From Caedibacter taeniospiralis (GTDB lineage: Bacteria; Pseudomonadota; Gammaproteobacteria; Francisellales; Francisellaceae), in NCBI RefSeq assembly GCF_002803295.2, contig NZ_PGGB02000001.1, positions 74,290 through 106,289 on the forward strand: DNA of 32,000 nt. The letters are read 5' to 3'. The translations under genes and the position numbers were made by a program. The notes beneath the pieces were generated by a model. The model did not search any database, was not told where the DNA came from, and saw only the letters and a program-made list of their open reading frames with translations. Of this stretch, positions 28,614 to 32,000 are shown piece after piece; the stretch's first letter is position 1; each line of letters begins with the position of its first letter.

Positions 28614-28710
28614 CGTATTTTTATTCCTTTGGCATAACTTCTTCATTCTGGTTGTGCTTTATAATACACTGATTCCACTGTGAAGAAATACGAAAAAGTA
28701 TCAATCAATA

Positions 28711-29355
28711 ATGCCCGCTGACCTCACTACTTACCTTAATGCCTTTGTAATGTTTATCATCCCTATGCTATTTGCCATCACACTGCATGAGGCAGCGCAT
28801 GGGTTTATTGCCAAACTTCGAGGCGACCAAACGGCTTATCTTATGGGGCGCGTGACACTTAACCCCATTAAGCACATCGATATTTTGGGAACGATTATTC
28901 TACCCACTGCCATGTTTCTATTAGGAACAGGCTTTCTTTTTGGCTGGGCAAAACCTGTTCCTGTTAATTTCAGCCATCTTAAAAAGCCGCGCCAAGACAT
29001 GATTTTAGTGGCAATCGCAGGACCACTTGCCAACTTTGCTATGGCGATTATGTGGTTTTTATTATGGAAATTTGTCCCTAACTTTGGCTTCCACCAAATG
29101 GCACAATTTGGTGTTGTACTGAACTTAATGCTGATGGTGTTTAATCTACTGCCCATCCCACCTCTAGATGGCAGTCGCGTCGTTAGCGCCCTACTGCCCT
29201 ATAAAGCCACTTTGCAATACAATCGCCTTGAGCGCTGGGGATTTCTAATCGTGCTGCTCTTATTGTTTATCCCCTTTGGTCAGTCAAATTTACTTGCAAG
29301 CATACTGATCCCAATCATCAACAAACTCTATCAGCTCGTTCAGTTTATCTTTTGA
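28711..29355 (+). CDS. M50-family site-2 protease-like membrane metalloprotease
   Basis: 214 aa. HEAAHGFIA (HExxH) in a TM helix, and NLLPIPPLDGSRV. Confidence 0.85.
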   Translation: MPADLTTYLNAFVMFIIPMLFAITLHEAAHGFIAKLRGDQTAYLMGRVTLNPIKHIDILGTIILPTAMFLLGTGFLFGWAKPVPVNFSHLKKPRQDMILVAIAGPLANFAMAIMWFLLWKFVPNFGFHQMAQFGVVLNLMLMVFNLLPIPPLDGSRVVSALLPYKATLQYNRLERWGFLIVLLLLFIPFGQSNLLASILIPIINKLYQLVQFIF

Positions 29356-29363
29356 GGTTAAGA

Positions 29364-29735
29364 ATGCAATTAGCACATGAAAAACCAGACACCGTGATTT
29401 ACGTAAAACATTACCAGCATGGACAACTGACGCTACCACAAAAAATCCTTCATAACAGCGTTATTATTACCCCTGAAATGATCCTTCAGGAAAATTGGGG
29501 TGTGCGAGATATTGATAAGCTTGACGTTCATGAGCTTTCAGGCTTTATTGGATTTGACGCTAATATTTATCTCCTTGGCACAGGGAGGACGATCCAAATC
29601 CCCAAAGATGAGATAATAATCGCATTCGCGCGCTTAGGGAAGTCGCTGGATTTTATGGACTCAGCCGCGGCATGCCGCACATTCAACATTCTTGCCAATG
29701 AAGGACGCAATGTGGTTGCTGCAATTATTGTATAG
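29364..29735 (+). CDS. Mth938-domain (DUF498, NDUFAF3-like) protein
   Basis: LLGTGRT...MDSAAACRTFNILANEGRNVVAA pattern. ATG 29364 has a gagg SD. The ORF track start is TTG 29352. Confidence 0.72.
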   Translation: MQLAHEKPDTVIYVKHYQHGQLTLPQKILHNSVIITPEMILQENWGVRDIDKLDVHELSGFIGFDANIYLLGTGRTIQIPKDEIIIAFARLGKSLDFMDSAAACRTFNILANEGRNVVAAIIV

Positions 29736-29831
29736 CCTGAATTTACTCACGGTGATCCCTGCAAAAAGTCAACTTCCTTTCATTCTCCATTAATTTTTAG
29801 ATAACCTAACTTGATATCCCTTTACTACCTG

Positions 29832-29866
29832 CCCTGATTAGGATTATAGTAATCAGGGATTTTTAT
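29832..29866 (+). terminator. Candidate intrinsic terminator after the M50/Mth938 gene pair
   Basis: A 9-bp stem ccctgatta/taatcaggg (29832-29840/29850-29858) with a 9-nt loop, followed by atttttat. Confidence 0.45.
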
Positions 29867-29894
29867 ATGTTCAACACAATAGAAGGAAGAAAAA

Positions 29895-30428
29895 ATGAAA
29901 AAACTCAATCTGCTTAGCATCATTTCAGGTACCGTTTTACTATCAGCGTGCGCAACTCCGCCTAACACGTCAGCGCCTGCTTTAGCCAACGAAAAGAGTG
30001 AGGCTGGCGCTCATGCGATGATGGGAGCATCAGAATTATTTGATAGCGCAGAAGCAACAGAAACGACTCATGACACTACATTACCCACCTCAACAGTTAA
30101 ACTAAGTGCTAAAGACGGTCGCTTAACTGCTAAAGTGTATACGGATTGGAATGGAGCAAAACAAGGCACTTTAAGACTTCACTGGATTGCACCAAGCGAG
30201 TCACATTGCATGAGCACTACTTTCCCAATTATGAAATACAAAGAAGCAAGCGACTACTCGTGGGCTTATAGAACACTGCAACATGAAAGTGCCGATGGTT
30301 CTATCGCTTGTCCTGGTGTGTGGAAAGCAGAAGTGCTTTACACTCCAACCAAAGTCGTTGTGGGCAAGACCGAGCTTAATGTCTCTGCTGAAAGCACACT
30401 GACGCCAACTAAAGCGGCAACTAAATAG
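29895..30428 (+). CDS. Lipoprotein of unknown function
   Basis: 177 aa. Signal peptide with lipobox LLSAC (Cys19). SD aaggaag upstream. Confidence 0.75.
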   Translation: MKKLNLLSIISGTVLLSACATPPNTSAPALANEKSEAGAHAMMGASELFDSAEATETTHDTTLPTSTVKLSAKDGRLTAKVYTDWNGAKQGTLRLHWIAPSESHCMSTTFPIMKYKEASDYSWAYRTLQHESADGSIACPGVWKAEVLYTPTKVVVGKTELNVSAESTLTPTKAATK

Positions 30429-30508
30429 TTTTTTGACAAGTCCTTGGTATTCTTTGCCTATCCAGAAAAATGGGCTTAGGCAAATTTTCCGCCCAAACAA
30501 AAGTCACG

Positions 30509-30534
30509 GTCATTCCCGCGAAGGCGGGAATCCA
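30509..30534. repeat. REP-like palindromic unit ATTCCCGC-GAAG-GCGGGAAT
   Basis: A perfect 8-bp stem (30512-30519/30524-30531) with a GAAG loop. It matches the ATTCCC-N8-GGGAAT class of intergenic palindromes, which I recall from memory in several proteobacteria. Confidence 0.65.
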
Positions 30535-30604
30535 GCTTTTAAATGACTCCTGCAACCTCGCATAGGGTGACAGTGGGCGGGAAGATGGTCGGAGCCGAAA
30601 AATG

Positions 30605-30653
30605 ACTGATCCAGTAAAAATTTAAGAGCGCAAGCAACCTCGCAAGGATCAGT
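30605..30653 (+). promoter_or_regulatory. Possible RBS-sequestering stem upstream of the thioester-reductase gene
   Basis: A perfect 8-bp pairing of actgatcc (30605-30612) with ggatcagt (30646-30653). It covers the SD aagga (30644-30648) and ends 1 nt before ATG 30655. Confidence 0.3.
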
Positions 30654-30654
30654 T

Positions 30655-31812
30655 ATGCACGCACTCAACAAAAACACAATAGACGCCTTAATAGACATCC
30701 ACAGTTACTCACCACCTGAACTTGATGTCAAGAAACATTACAACTCGAGCTACCAACATGTCTTACTCACTGGTGCCAACGGCTATTTAGGCGTTCATCT
30801 AATTGATGAGCTGCTTAAACACACAGACGCTTTGGTTTATTGTGCAATTCGAGCAGAGTCAATATCAGAAGCCCAGAAGAAACTCGATCTTAACCTACAT
30901 CGCTATGGCTTCTTTGAGCATACAGCCAACCCGAGGCTTTATATTGTTTTAGTTGACCTGGCTAAACCGCAACTTGGATTAGAGGGTCTAAAATGGCAGG
31001 CAATGTGTGAAACCATTGACGCCATTTATCACAACGGTGCGTACGTCCACCACCTGCAAACCTACGAGCGCATGGCTCCCACTAATGTCGGCAGCACAAC
31101 GGCAATCATTGAACTGGCAAGCCAAATAAAACTTAAACGCATTCATTTCATCTCAACTAAATATGCTGCGGTTAATTGCGTGTCAACCATCGCCAAAGAA
31201 GGCATGCCTACTATTGCGCCTATTCATCCTGATATTAGCTTCGGCTATACCACCACTAAATGGACAGCTGAATGGCTATTGTGGAAAGCACAAGAAAATG
31301 GCATCCCTGTTGATATTTATCGCTTGGGTCAAATCACAGGACAATCGACAAGTGGCAAGAGTAATTATGAAAAAAACAATTTAACTCATTTTATCTTGGG
31401 CTGTATCGACATGGGTTATGCACCTGATTTACAAGCACAGCACGAGATGATTCCAGTTGACCAGGCTGCCAAGAGCATCATATCTCTGTCTTTGCTGACA
31501 TACCAAAAAGCCAATGGCTGGAACCTCGTTAATAATTTACAAATTACGCATGGTGATATCTTTACGATTATCAATGAACTCGGTTATTCTATCAAAAAAT
31601 TGCCACCTATCATTTGGCGCGAAAAACTCCAAAAAATTGATCAAAGTAACCCGCTTTTTCCCTTAATTTCTTACTATAACAATGACGAAACGATGCCTTT
31701 TATCACAACAGAAAATCACAAAACCATGGTCGCATTAAAAAAGCTGGGCATCAATATTACTGAAGATTATCACGCGCTTTTTAAACGCTATCTTCACTAT
31801 TGGCAGAGATAG
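30655..31812 (+). CDS. Stand-alone thioester-reductase-type SDR (NRPS/PKS terminal R-domain or fatty acyl reductase-like)
   Basis: 385 aa. VLLTGANGYLGVHLIDELL (Rossmann fold), YTTTKWTAE (YxxxK), and R-domain-like spacing. Confidence 0.8.
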   Translation: MHALNKNTIDALIDIHSYSPPELDVKKHYNSSYQHVLLTGANGYLGVHLIDELLKHTDALVYCAIRAESISEAQKKLDLNLHRYGFFEHTANPRLYIVLVDLAKPQLGLEGLKWQAMCETIDAIYHNGAYVHHLQTYERMAPTNVGSTTAIIELASQIKLKRIHFISTKYAAVNCVSTIAKEGMPTIAPIHPDISFGYTTTKWTAEWLLWKAQENGIPVDIYRLGQITGQSTSGKSNYEKNNLTHFILGCIDMGYAPDLQAQHEMIPVDQAAKSIISLSLLTYQKANGWNLVNNLQITHGDIFTIINELGYSIKKLPPIIWREKLQKIDQSNPLFPLISYYNNDETMPFITTENHKTMVALKKLGINITEDYHALFKRYLHYWQR

Positions 31813-31885
31813 GTTTGGATTGTAGAGACGGGTTTGAAACCCATGAAACCCTGGAAAGTATCTATCAGTGCAAGATAGCAAGCTA

Positions 31886-32000
31886 GGGGTCAGGTCTGAA
31901 ACCTGACATTTTCGAATGCGCGCCTGAGCGTAAACCCACTTCACTTGCACCAAAAAAAGTTACCTACTTCGGCTAGTGTCAAATTTCAGGTCTGACCCCC
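31886..32000. repeat. MITE-like unit bounded by imperfect 23-nt inverted repeats. It may continue past the window edge.
   Basis: ggggtcaggtctgaaacctgaca (31886-31908) against the reverse complement of 31978-32000 (gggggtcagacctgaaatttgaca) gives about 19/23 matches. The left arm also forms hairpin 31889-31895/31901-31907. Confidence 0.4.

Noticed and set aside
30510-30698. 62-aa minus-strand ORF spanning the repeat-rich spacer
   Set aside because: It is a translation of REP-like palindromes (…GFPPSRE) and overlaps the start of the reductase gene. This is a typical spurious repeat-derived ORF.

Overview
This is a 32-kb chromosomal window of roughly 40% GC from a gammaproteobacterium. The protein sequences, an ATTCCCGCGAAGGCGGGAAT-type palindromic repeat and broken operon synteny suggest a Legionellales-like, possibly host-associated organism, but that is inference only. 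Most of the window is housekeeping: glmM-tpiA, glpX, a LysR regulator plus a TDT-family transporter, coaBC-mutL, ilvE, rpsL-rpsG-fusA-rpsJ, prlC-yraN and an M50 protease. I saw no rRNA, tRNA or CRISPR. Four things do not look routine. (1) The phoR-like histidine kinase at the left edge is a pseudogene. It carries two same-orientation copies of a non-coding element whose last 78 nt are identical and whose GC-rich ~300-nt core hand-folds into a closed multi-helix structure. G.U pairs in that fold favour the + strand. I could not assign the element to a known intron, IS or ncRNA family by eye. (2) Eight genes on the minus strand (15257 to 7471) have overlapping or near-abutting start and stop codons. 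They are a cytidylate kinase fused to an N-acylglucosamine-2-epimerase-like domain, a YqiA-like esterase, a KS-DH-KR-KS set with aryl-polyene-like gene order and no ACP in view, dapF, and an AstE/AspA-family zinc deacylase. (3) An orphan 736-aa protein combines a PilX-like N-terminal anchor with four tandem CBM5/12-like chitin-binding repeats. (4) The str operon lacks tuf, and rpsJ is detached from rplC and the rest of the S10 operon. All family assignments come from motif recognition by eye. No searches were run.
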